A stretch of DNA of 64,000 nucleotides from Bacteroidota bacterium (GTDB lineage: Bacteria; Bacteroidota; Bacteroidia; JACPRZ01), in contig JACPRZ010000063.1 of the NCBI GenBank assembly GCA_016193485.1, forward strand, positions 128,156 to 192,155, read 5' to 3'. A model generated the notes under the pieces. The model did no database searches. It was not told the DNA's origin and saw nothing but the letters and a program-made list of their open reading frames with translations. How positions within the stretch are numbered: the first letter of the stretch is position 1; the number at the start of each line of letters is the position of its first letter. Positions 55,723 to 64,000 of the stretch are shown here, in pieces. A program made the translations under genes and the position numbers.

Positions 55723-58119
55723 TTAACCGCCAAAGTTAAAAGAAAACCGTAACGCAAAAGTTCGTGGCGATTCAATTTTAAGAGGACGCAGGGAATAACT
55801 TAAATTAAATACATTATTCACCACAAAAGATGCTTTGAGTTTTTTTGTTACATCTACACCTATCCGGACATCAAATAAGTGAATGCCTTTATTATTTTTA
55901 TTCCTGTATTTTTCAATGCCGCTGTGCATCTGCGGTTCAAACAGATAAAATACCATATCAATGTTCTGGATATAACTGTAATAACGCCAACTGCCGCCTA
56001 TTGAAATAAACCTGTAAGTTAACTGCAGGTCGGCTTTGGCATGGTGTTGAAAACGGTACTTTAAAACATTACCGGTAGTATCGGTGCTCGTAAAATTATA
56101 TGACATGGTTTGAGGAGTACTGTCTGTGGCAAATACTCCGGCAGGATTAACCGCCTGCGGCAACACATAGGTATAACCGCCTAAAATATCTATTTTAAAG
56201 TCATTGGTAATTTTTCCTTCACCAGGCAGTGATACTTCAAATCCTTTCACGCGTGTAGGTCCGGTATTGAGGTATTTGAACCCGGCAGATATACTGTCAT
56301 CGCCAAAAATGTCTTTATCCTTATCCCAAACCCCGTAGGTAAATTCAATAGTGTTTTGATATTCTTGCCAAAATGCAGCCACATCAATAAACCCTACGAA
56401 TTTTTTTATTTTAAATCCCTGTTTGATTCCGAATTCCGTATTCCAACCTGTCTCGGGTTTCAAAATGGGGTTAGGGTAAATAGCCAACCCGCCAATATCG
56501 GAGTGAATATATTTTTCGGTGATGGTCGGAAAGCGGTACCCCTGTCCGTATGAATAGCGCAGGAAAGTGGCATCTGTCAGTTGTAAATTTAATCCTGAAC
56601 GGAAAATCGGTTGAGAAGCAACTTCTTCGTCATTCACTTTAAAGAACTCGTCCCTGAAACCGGCTGACACATTTAATCTACCCCAGAATTTTTTATCTAA
56701 CTGGGTATAAATAGCATAATTTTCAAGGTAGTTTACCGGTAGTATTCCTTTGTATGGTAGTCCTGATTTGGAATTTGTCTGGTTCCTTATTATTCCGCCT
56801 GTAATATTTAAGTCATTAAGAAATTTAATATTTTTAATTACCTGGAATTCGCTATATGAAACATCAGTTTCTATTGTTTGATCGGGCATTACATTTTTCG
56901 TGGCAAAGTAACGTGTACGCATAATGTATCTGAATCCCCCGTCTGTATAATAATTAAGGAATGGTTCAATATAATAAATGACTTGATTTTGCAATGTCAA
57001 AGTATTGGGAAATGCGCGGTAGATACCTGTAGTATCATCATCCCAAATTAATGATATATTATTTTGCGATTTCATAAAATTGACATTGACACCAAGGTTC
57101 AAATGCGGAATTTTTTCCGGACGGTAGCGCAAATTACAATTCAGCCGCCTTGTTTTTTCGCCTACTTCGCTTTCCCGGATTGTTGTATCACTGGCATTAA
57201 AACCGCGATATTTTGGCGGACCGATAAAACCATGGTCGTAAATATCCATCCCTCCAAGAACCATATCGGCTTGGTCGAATTTTTCAGAAAATAAAAAACT
57301 CGTGCCGTAAAAAGTGGCTGTTCCTTTCCACCATTTAGCGCTGTCGGTGGAGGGTGAATCATAGACACCTGCATAAGTAGATACCTTAAAAACCGGTTCA
57401 TCTTTGGGATAGGCGGTACGGATATTTATACTACCACTTAATGCTGATGAACCATAAGTTACCGAAGATGCGCCCTTGATGACTTCAATTTGTTCCACAT
57501 TTTCAAGAGGGATAAAATTCCATTCCGGTCGTCCGCCATCACCCGCCAATGCGGGTAAACCGTCAATCAATATGGCAACACGACTCCCGATGCCGAAATT
57601 AAAACCGCTACCACCGCGCATCTGCGGCTCGCCATCTAAAATATTCAGGCCGGGAGTTTGTTCCAACACTCCTTTGATATTGGTTGAATTTTTGTTTTCA
57701 ATGAGCACCGGCTTTAACACCTCCATTGAAACGGTTATCTCGTTCAACTTTTGTTCAAATTTCCCTGCCGAAATAACCATGGTCTCTAATTGAATGGAAG
57801 AGGATTGCAAACGGAAATCATGCATTGTTGGCTTCAGCGAGTCAATAAAAACAACTATTGTATCGGATTTAAAACCCATGAAGGAACAAACTACGGAATG
57901 TTTCCCATGCTTCAGTTGTAACTGATATTTTCCGTCAAAATCGCTGACCGTACCGTGAGTAATATCCGAAAGGTCATAGATGTTTGCCCCGGGGATGGGC
58001 TCCTTGCCGGATGCATCTGTTACAATTCCTTTTAAAGTTCCGGAATTTTGAGCGAAAAGCAGACCGGAAGAGAAAAGGGAGCATGCAAGGTACAAAATGA
58101 CGGGAAGACGAAACAACAT
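55723..58119 (-). CDS. TonB-dependent receptor
   Basis: CarboxypepD-like N-domain, plug (IEVIKGASS..YGS.A..G.INI), LKPE, PRTF and aromatic C-terminal strand. Confidence 0.9.
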   Translation of the reverse strand: MLFRLPVILYLACSLFSSGLLFAQNSGTLKGIVTDASGKEPIPGANIYDLSDITHGTVSDFDGKYQLQLKHGKHSVVCSFMGFKSDTIVVFIDSLKPTMHDFRLQSSSIQLETMVISAGKFEQKLNEITVSMEVLKPVLIENKNSTNIKGVLEQTPGLNILDGEPQMRGGSGFNFGIGSRVAILIDGLPALAGDGGRPEWNFIPLENVEQIEVIKGASSVTYGSSALSGSINIRTAYPKDEPVFKVSTYAGVYDSPSTDSAKWWKGTATFYGTSFLFSEKFDQADMVLGGMDIYDHGFIGPPKYRGFNASDTTIRESEVGEKTRRLNCNLRYRPEKIPHLNLGVNVNFMKSQNNISLIWDDDTTGIYRAFPNTLTLQNQVIYYIEPFLNYYTDGGFRYIMRTRYFATKNVMPDQTIETDVSYSEFQVIKNIKFLNDLNITGGIIRNQTNSKSGLPYKGILPVNYLENYAIYTQLDKKFWGRLNVSAGFRDEFFKVNDEEVASQPIFRSGLNLQLTDATFLRYSYGQGYRFPTITEKYIHSDIGGLAIYPNPILKPETGWNTEFGIKQGFKIKKFVGFIDVAAFWQEYQNTIEFTYGVWDKDKDIFGDDSISAGFKYLNTGPTRVKGFEVSLPGEGKITNDFKIDILGGYTYVLPQAVNPAGVFATDSTPQTMSYNFTSTDTTGNVLKYRFQHHAKADLQLTYRFISIGGSWRYYSYIQNIDMVFYLFEPQMHSGIEKYRNKNNKGIHLFDVRIGVDVTKKLKASFVVNNVFNLSYSLRPLKIESPRTFALRFSFNFGG

Positions 58120-58148
58120 AAAGGATAGGCAATAAAATGTATTTCAAC

Positions 58149-58281
58149 AAATCCGAAACAAATTCAATTCAGGAAATTTTAATAATTCAAAAATTTGTTT
58201 TTATTTTTGGATTTTGAATTTGAAATTGTTTCGAATTTCGCCTGCCTGACGGACAGGCAGGGGTTTTGAGATTCGGATTTT
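58149..58281. repeat. Gene-less inverted AAATCCGAA/TTCGGATTT array containing a 21-bp palindrome (58241-58261)
   Basis: aaatccgaaacaaattcaa...tttcgaatttcg[cctgcctgacggacaggcagg]ggttttgagattcggattt. Confidence 0.8.
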
Positions 58282-58288
58282 AATACTA

Positions 58289-60799
58289 TTATTCTACCTT
58301 CAATAATGGGAACACTGAAATCCCATCATCGGAAATCATTTGCACCATCAGCAACCCGTTTGATAATCCGTGCGCAGCAACCTCTTTTTTGAAAGAACCG
58401 CCAGCATGATAAAAAGAAGATGAGCGGAGTATTTGCCCGGATGAGGCGATGATTTTAATTTCATATTTACTCGCAGTTGCATTGTCTGCTGCTATGAAAA
58501 ATATTTTCCCTGCAGGGTTTGGGTATATTTTGATGCCGGATGCTTCATTTTGCCAGCGCGATTCTATTGAGATGTAAAATGAAACCTGAACGCTGTCCGT
58601 TTCAATGCATCCATTCCCATCAGTCACGGTGACAAAATATTTACCGCTTGCCAAACCCGTTGCCGTAGTGGTGGTTTGAGAATTACTGTCACTCCACTGA
58701 TAGGTGTAGGGCGTTGTCCCGCCTGAAACAAGTACTGTTGCCGTTCCGTCAGCGCTTCCCGAATCGGCAGTTGACACCAGGGTGGTTATAATAGCAGCCG
58801 GCTCAATGATGGTTGCTGAAGCAATAGCCTTCCCTCCGCATGAATCAGTAACAGTAATGGTGTAACTGCCAACTGCCAACTGTTCACTGCCAACTGTTGT
58901 ATCACCATTACTCCAACTATAAGTATACGGGGGGGTGCCTCCTGAATATGTTGCTGTGGCGCTTCCATTATTTGTCCCATAACAGAGAACATCATTTTTT
59001 ACAACAGAGACCGAAAGCGTCTGGGGTTCGGTGATAGTTACATTTAAAAAGGATTGGCAGCCGGAGTTATCTGTTACGGTTACAACATAAGTGTTCGCGT
59101 ATAGTCCTGTTGCTGATGGCGTTGATTGGTTAAACGGATCGCTCCATAAATAAGTATAGGGGGGGGTACCACCAGTTGCGGTAATGGCGGCTTCACCGTT
59201 ATTGCCACCGTTGCACGACACATTCGTTTTGGAAGTAACAGTTAGTGTTGCGCCTCCGGTTGCATTGACCAGTGCATTGGATGATTCCATACAACCGTTT
59301 CCATCGACAACAGTAATGTAATATACTCCTGCCGCAAGTCCGGTAGTGGTTTGTGTCGTTGCTCCATTTGACCACTGGTAAGTCAACGCTCCGGTTCCAC
59401 CGCTGGCGCTGGCAGTTGCAGTTCCGTTATTGCTTCCGCACGAAGCATCAGTTGTGGTTACGGTGATTACAATTGCAACGGGCTGTGAAATGGTAACTGA
59501 ACCTGTCTGTGTGCAGGTATTAACATCAGTAACTGTTGTTGTATAGGTTCCTGCAACCAGTCCTGTTACAGTCGAACCGGTTTGCCCGTTCGACCATGAA
59601 TAGGAATAACCCGGTGTGCCGCCTGCAACAGTTATTGTCGCTGTTCCGGTACTTTCGCCATTACAGGAAACATCTGTTTTAGTTGTCGTAACCGTTAATG
59701 CTGTAGGTTGGGTAACTGATGCGGTGACAGTTGAGGTGCAGTTATTCGCATCTGTAACGGTAACTGTGTAGGTGCCGGCAGGAACATTTGTAATGTTCTG
59801 ATTTGATCCAAGTCCACCGCTCCATGAGTATGAATAACCCGCAGTGCCACCTGAACCGGTAGCCGACAGTGTACCGGTATTTGTTCCATTGCAAAGGGCA
59901 GGTGTAGCCGTTGCGGTTGCTGAAACTGCTGTTGCAGGTTGGGTAATTGTTACTGATGTTGTTGCCGTTCCGCTTATAGCGTCTGTAACGGTAACCGTGT
60001 AGGTACCTGCACATAAGCCGGTTGCAGTTGATGTTGCCTGGGCGTTGCTCCACTGGTATGTAAAAGGAGAAGTTCCGCCCGTAAGGGTTGCCGTTGCGGA
60101 ACCGGTGCAATTTCCGTTGCATAATACGTTTGTTGACGATGTAATGGTTACCGAAACCGGTGTAACAGGATTAATAATCAATTCCAAATCATCAAAGAAT
60201 GCCATGCTGTTAATTACCGGGCTGACATCATCTTTGCTTGAACTGAGCAGCCAGATTGAGTTAGCAACGGCATTTGTTGAGAAGTAAACCAATGGAGCGG
60301 AAAACCGGGTGTAAGCGCTGACTGTAGTTGATGGAGTTTCAAATCTTGCTTTTGCAACGGTATCGGCATTATTGGCGGCAGACCCGAACAACATAAATTC
60401 CGCAAAACCATTGTCTCCGCCCTGGGGAGTATATTTATACCACCCGGCAATACTGTCTGGTCTCAAGGTATAGGGAATTCCACCGGTAATGGGGTCACCG
60501 GTTGAAGTCGGTAAGGTCCCTGTGGTTACTACACCGGGTGCATCAACACTGAGAAGATTTTTCGTAATCAATTTTACCGCTGCAGTACCGCTATGAACAT
60601 CAGCACCGGTGGCTTTTACACAACCGAATTGGCCGATGATTGCAGTTTGAGAATTTGCACTTTCCCAGTCATCAGGGTCGGAATAACTGGGAAAACAGCA
60701 AGTTGTCCAGTTTTCAAATCCCGCATTGGGTGTTGCCTGGGCGAACAATCCTGTCGTGTACAGTACAGGAACAATTATCAGGGTAAAGATTTTTTTCAT
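58289..60799 (-). CDS. T9SS-secreted SprB-repeat surface protein
   Basis: Signal peptide, N.GFE.W domain, repeated C.G...G.A....GGT.PY.Y.WSNG......L..G.Y.VTVTD units, IYPNP sorting domain. Confidence 0.88.
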   Translation of the reverse strand: MKKIFTLIIVPVLYTTGLFAQATPNAGFENWTTCCFPSYSDPDDWESANSQTAIIGQFGCVKATGADVHSGTAAVKLITKNLLSVDAPGVVTTGTLPTSTGDPITGGIPYTLRPDSIAGWYKYTPQGGDNGFAEFMLFGSAANNADTVAKARFETPSTTVSAYTRFSAPLVYFSTNAVANSIWLLSSSKDDVSPVINSMAFFDDLELIINPVTPVSVTITSSTNVLCNGNCTGSATATLTGGTSPFTYQWSNAQATSTATGLCAGTYTVTVTDAISGTATTSVTITQPATAVSATATATPALCNGTNTGTLSATGSGGTAGYSYSWSGGLGSNQNITNVPAGTYTVTVTDANNCTSTVTASVTQPTALTVTTTKTDVSCNGESTGTATITVAGGTPGYSYSWSNGQTGSTVTGLVAGTYTTTVTDVNTCTQTGSVTISQPVAIVITVTTTDASCGSNNGTATASASGGTGALTYQWSNGATTQTTTGLAAGVYYITVVDGNGCMESSNALVNATGGATLTVTSKTNVSCNGGNNGEAAITATGGTPPYTYLWSDPFNQSTPSATGLYANTYVVTVTDNSGCQSFLNVTITEPQTLSVSVVKNDVLCYGTNNGSATATYSGGTPPYTYSWSNGDTTVGSEQLAVGSYTITVTDSCGGKAIASATIIEPAAIITTLVSTADSGSADGTATVLVSGGTTPYTYQWSDSNSQTTTTATGLASGKYFVTVTDGNGCIETDSVQVSFYISIESRWQNEASGIKIYPNPAGKIFFIAADNATASKYEIKIIASSGQILRSSSFYHAGGSFKKEVAAHGLSNGLLMVQMISDDGISVFPLLKVE
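58864..58898. repeat. 7-mer array (AACTGCC-like x5) inside an SprB repeat
   Basis: aactgcc aactgcc aactgtt cactgcc aactgtt; encodes TVGSEQLAVGS. Confidence 0.8.
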
Positions 60800-60885
60800 A
60801 GGATTTGATTTGGGATTTTACAGCATCAATGTGTTCATAAATTCAATGTTGTCAACAAAAGTAAACAAAATATTTAATCCGCTCC

Positions 60886-61329
60886 CTACGTCCTCTTCTT
60901 CTCAAAAAACTCCTTCAATATCCGTGCACACTCTTCCTTTAATACCCCCCCCTTGAATTTTGTTTTCGGATGCAGAATATTTTTTTTCAGCCGCATAAAC
61001 CCCCGGTCAGGATCATCAGCGCCCCAGATTACCATTCCTATCCTTGTCCAGTATGCAGCGCCTGCGCACATAACGCATGGTTCAAGTGTGACATAAAGCG
61101 TGCAGTCCTGCAGATATTTCCCACCGATATTTGCCGTTGCGGAAGTGAATGCCTGCATCTCGGCATGAGCGGTAGGATCATTCAATGTTCCGGTAAGATT
61201 ATGAGCGCGGGCAATGATTCGCTCCCTGCAGACAATTACGGCACCCACGGGAACTTCTTTTGCATCCATGGCAACCTGGGCTTCTTTCAGCGCAAGGCGC
61301 ATGAAATACGCATGATCGTATTTCAACAT
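60886..61329 (-). CDS. tadA: tRNA adenosine deaminase
   Basis: EVPVGAV, AHAEM, TLEPCVMC. Confidence 0.92.
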   Translation of the reverse strand: MLKYDHAYFMRLALKEAQVAMDAKEVPVGAVIVCRERIIARAHNLTGTLNDPTAHAEMQAFTSATANIGGKYLQDCTLYVTLEPCVMCAGAAYWTRIGMVIWGADDPDRGFMRLKKNILHPKTKFKGGVLKEECARILKEFFEKKRT

Positions 61330-61439
61330 ATTATTACAAACATAAGTGAATTGACCTGATAATGAACATCCTGCAGTATCTGAACGTGCATAACCTCTCT
61401 TTTGCTAAATTTGTGGTTTTACCATTCCCGAAAAAAATT

Positions 61440-63191
61440 ATGCTTCGTACCCACACCTGCGGGGAACTGACTATCCGCGATACCGGAAAAAACGTAACCC
61501 TGTGCGGGTGGGTACAGGGAACTCGCGACCTGGGGGGTATGACCTTTGTTGACCTGCGTGACAGGTATGGGATCACCCAGTTATTGTTCAACATGGATGT
61601 GAATCCCGCATTATGTGAACGGGCAAGAACGTTCGGAAGGGAATTTGTCGTAAGTGCCACGGGAAAAGTAACGGTGCGCAGTAATAAAAATCCGAAAATG
61701 GTTACCGGGGATATTGAAATTGAAGTGGAGGAACTTGAAATCCTTAACGCTTCAAAAACCCCCCCCTTTACGGTTGAAGAACAGTCGGACGGAGGGGATG
61801 ACCTGCGCATGAAATTCCGCTTCATAGACCTGCGCAGAACGCCTGTGCAGAAAAATATTATCCTCCGCCACTGTCTTGCGCAGGAAGTGCGGAATTATTT
61901 CAATAAGAACAATTTCCTTGAAATTGAAACGCCTTTCCTGATAAAATCTACACCAGAGGGTGCCCGCGATTTTATCGTTCCTTCACGGATGAACCCCGGC
62001 CAGTTTTATGCCTTGCCCCAGTCACCGCAGATTTTCAAACAACTGCTGATGGTATCGGGTTACGACCGTTATTACCAGATCGTGCGATGCTTCCGCGATG
62101 AAGACCTGCGCGCGGACCGCCAGCCCGAATTTACCCAGATTGACTGCGAAATGTCGTTTGTCACACGGGAAGATACCCTGTTCATGTTTGAAGGCATGAT
62201 GAAGCATCTCTTTCGCACCATAAAGAATATTGAACTGCCGGATTTCCCGAGAATTAATTATGATGAGGCAATGGCTTATTACGGAACCGATAAACCCGAC
62301 CTGCGGTTCGGCATGAAAATAGAAGACATTACAGAACTCGTAAAAGGCAAAGGATTTAAAATTCTTGATGAAGCTGAATTTATTGGAGGTATCTGCGCCA
62401 CCGGTTGTTCAGAGTATTCCCGGAAACAACTGGATGAACTGACGGAATATGTTAAACGTCCGCAGATCGGAGCCGGTGGACTTATTTATGTAAAATTCAC
62501 ACCCGGTGATACGGTCAAATCGTCTGTTGACAAATTTTATTCTGCTGACGACCTGAAGCGATGGGGGAAGATTGATAATGCAAAAGAGGGCGACCTGCTG
62601 CTTATTCTGGCAGGGAAAAAAGTGAAAACGCTTAAAGCGCTGTCTGAATTGCGCCTTGAAATGGGCAGGCGGCTGAATCTTATGGACCGAGAAAAATTTT
62701 CTCCTTTATGGGTTATCAATTTCCCGTTATTTGAATGGGATGAAGAGACGCAAAGATGGTATGCGGTGCATCATCCGTTCACCGCACCCAATCCGGAAGA
62801 TGCGCATTTTATTGAAGGGGATCCGGGCAGGGTAAGGGCCAATGCCTACGATATGGTTATCAACGGCATTGAACTCGGGGGGGGATCTATACGGATACAC
62901 AGCCGGAACATGCAGGAACGTATATTCAGACGCCTTGGTTTTTCGGAAACCGAAGCGCAGGAAAAATTCGGTTTTCTGATGAAAGCGTTTGAATTTGGCG
63001 CCCCTCCGCATGGCGGCATCGCGTTCGGATTCGACCGTATCTGTGCTCTTTTTGGCGGCAGCGATTCCATACGTGACTTTATCGCCTTCCCTAAGAACAA
63101 TGCGGCACGCGATATGATGACCGATGCACCCGCCCAGGTTACACATGACCAATTGAAGGAATTGTCACTTGAAATAACACATCCATGTTGA
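61440..63191 (+). CDS. aspS: Aspartate--tRNA ligase
   Basis: [45 protein letters not shown]. Confidence 0.97.
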   Translation: MLRTHTCGELTIRDTGKNVTLCGWVQGTRDLGGMTFVDLRDRYGITQLLFNMDVNPALCERARTFGREFVVSATGKVTVRSNKNPKMVTGDIEIEVEELEILNASKTPPFTVEEQSDGGDDLRMKFRFIDLRRTPVQKNIILRHCLAQEVRNYFNKNNFLEIETPFLIKSTPEGARDFIVPSRMNPGQFYALPQSPQIFKQLLMVSGYDRYYQIVRCFRDEDLRADRQPEFTQIDCEMSFVTREDTLFMFEGMMKHLFRTIKNIELPDFPRINYDEAMAYYGTDKPDLRFGMKIEDITELVKGKGFKILDEAEFIGGICATGCSEYSRKQLDELTEYVKRPQIGAGGLIYVKFTPGDTVKSSVDKFYSADDLKRWGKIDNAKEGDLLLILAGKKVKTLKALSELRLEMGRRLNLMDREKFSPLWVINFPLFEWDEETQRWYAVHHPFTAPNPEDAHFIEGDPGRVRANAYDMVINGIELGGGSIRIHSRNMQERIFRRLGFSETEAQEKFGFLMKAFEFGAPPHGGIAFGFDRICALFGGSDSIRDFIAFPKNNAARDMMTDAPAQVTHDQLKELSLEITHPC

Positions 63192-64000
63192 AAGGGGTAC
63201 CGCTTCTTGAAGTAAAAAACCTGGTTACAGAGTTTATCACCGAGGATGAAACGGTTCGGGCGGTAAACGGCATCAATTTTTCAGTGAACCCGGGTGAAGT
63301 TCTCGGTATTGTAGGTGAGTCAGGTTCCGGCAAATCGGTCACTGCTCTTTCCATCATGCGGCTTATTCCCAATCCTCCGGGAATTATCCGTGAAGGGGAA
63401 ATAATTTATCACAACTCCGAAAACGGACCCGTGGATCTTCTTGCGTTAAAGGAAAACGAAATGCGTAAATACAGGGGCAACCGCTTTGCCATGATCTTCC
63501 AGGAACCGATGACCTCTCTAAACCCGGTATTTACCAACGGAGAGCAGGTCACCGAAGCCATTATGCTTCACAGAAAGGTTACCCAGAAAGAAGCAAATGA
63601 ATTAACGCTTTCACTTTTCAACGAAGTAAAATTACCGCGTCCCACGGATATTTTTGACAGTTATCCCCATGAACTTTCCGGTGGACAGAAACAGCGCGTT
63701 ATGATCGCTATGGCGCTCTCCTGCAATCCATCGGTCCTTATTGCCGATGAACCCACCACCGCGCTGGATGTGACAGTACAGAAAGCCATTCTTGAACTGA
63801 TGGGCGAATTGCAGGAAAAACATAAGATGGCAATCATTTTTATCAGTCATGATCTTGGTGTTATTTCAGAAATTGCCAACCGCGTCATTGTCATGTACAA
63901 GGGGAGAATAGTTGAGCAGGGAAATATCCGTGAAGTGTTTTTTAATCCGAACCATCCCTACACCAAGGGCTTGCTTGCCTGCCGCCCTCCGCTCGACAGG
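63185..64000 (+). CDS. Oligopeptide/dipeptide ABC transporter ATP-binding protein, 5' part (runs off window)
   Basis: Manual translation [13 protein letters not shown]...GESGSGKS...[12 protein letters not shown]...[12 protein letters not shown]...[10 protein letters not shown]. Confidence 0.92.
   Translation, partial: MLKGVPLLEVKNLVTEFITEDETVRAVNGINFSVNPGEVLGIVGESGSGKSVTALSIMRLIPNPPGIIREGEIIYHNSENGPVDLLALKENEMRKYRGNRFAMIFQEPMTSLNPVFTNGEQVTEAIMLHRKVTQKEANELTLSLFNEVKLPRPTDIFDSYPHELSGGQKQRVMIAMALSCNPSVLIADEPTTALDVTVQKAILELMGELQEKHKMAIIFISHDLGVISEIANRVIVMYKGRIVEQGNIREVFFNPNHPYTKGLLACRPPLDR

Noticed and set aside
380-63850. Numerous short antisense or overlapping ORFs in the track
   Set aside because: They shadow well-supported genes and show no recognisable motifs.
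1-64000. Reverse transcriptase, DGR, RAYT or IS transposase explaining the repeats
   Set aside because: No such motifs recognised in any ORF; any mobilising enzyme other than the small nucleases must lie outside the window.

Overview
This is a Bacteroidota chromosomal window, judged from TAnnTTTG promoter boxes, T9SS-sorted proteins, an IPExxxVDY protein and EF-G2. A perfect parS site suggests it lies near the origin. Most genes are housekeeping: purN, a frameshifted PBP1A, hmgA/hppD, ispG, tRNA-Ile2, recJ, acpP-fabF-rnc, pyk, anmK, pyrC, ferritin, tatD, uvrC, tadA and aspS. An accessory block at about 32.9-50.7 kb holds a Ni-free Ehr/Hyf-like membrane complex coupled to a c-type cytochrome and ArsC, NfnAB, and a RAPP-leader/RND-MFP fusion/TolC efflux operon. 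The strongest unexplained signal is a layered set of tiny repeat elements. (i) Two solo nuclease genes (GxxExxY, DUF559) are each bracketed by their own repeats, and a broken GIY-YIG gene lies between two tRNA copies. (ii) Gene-less 7/8-mer inverted arrays occupy many intergenic spacers. (iii) Palindromes of 18-21 bp (NCCCGATAGCTATCGGGN and CCTGCCTGCCGGCAGGCAGG types) sit in hairpins, inside each other, in a tRNA duplicate and in frame inside proteins. Where the ancestral sequence is visible, they replace about 5 nt instead of duplicating a target site. All calls come from reading the sequence by eye; no database searches were run.
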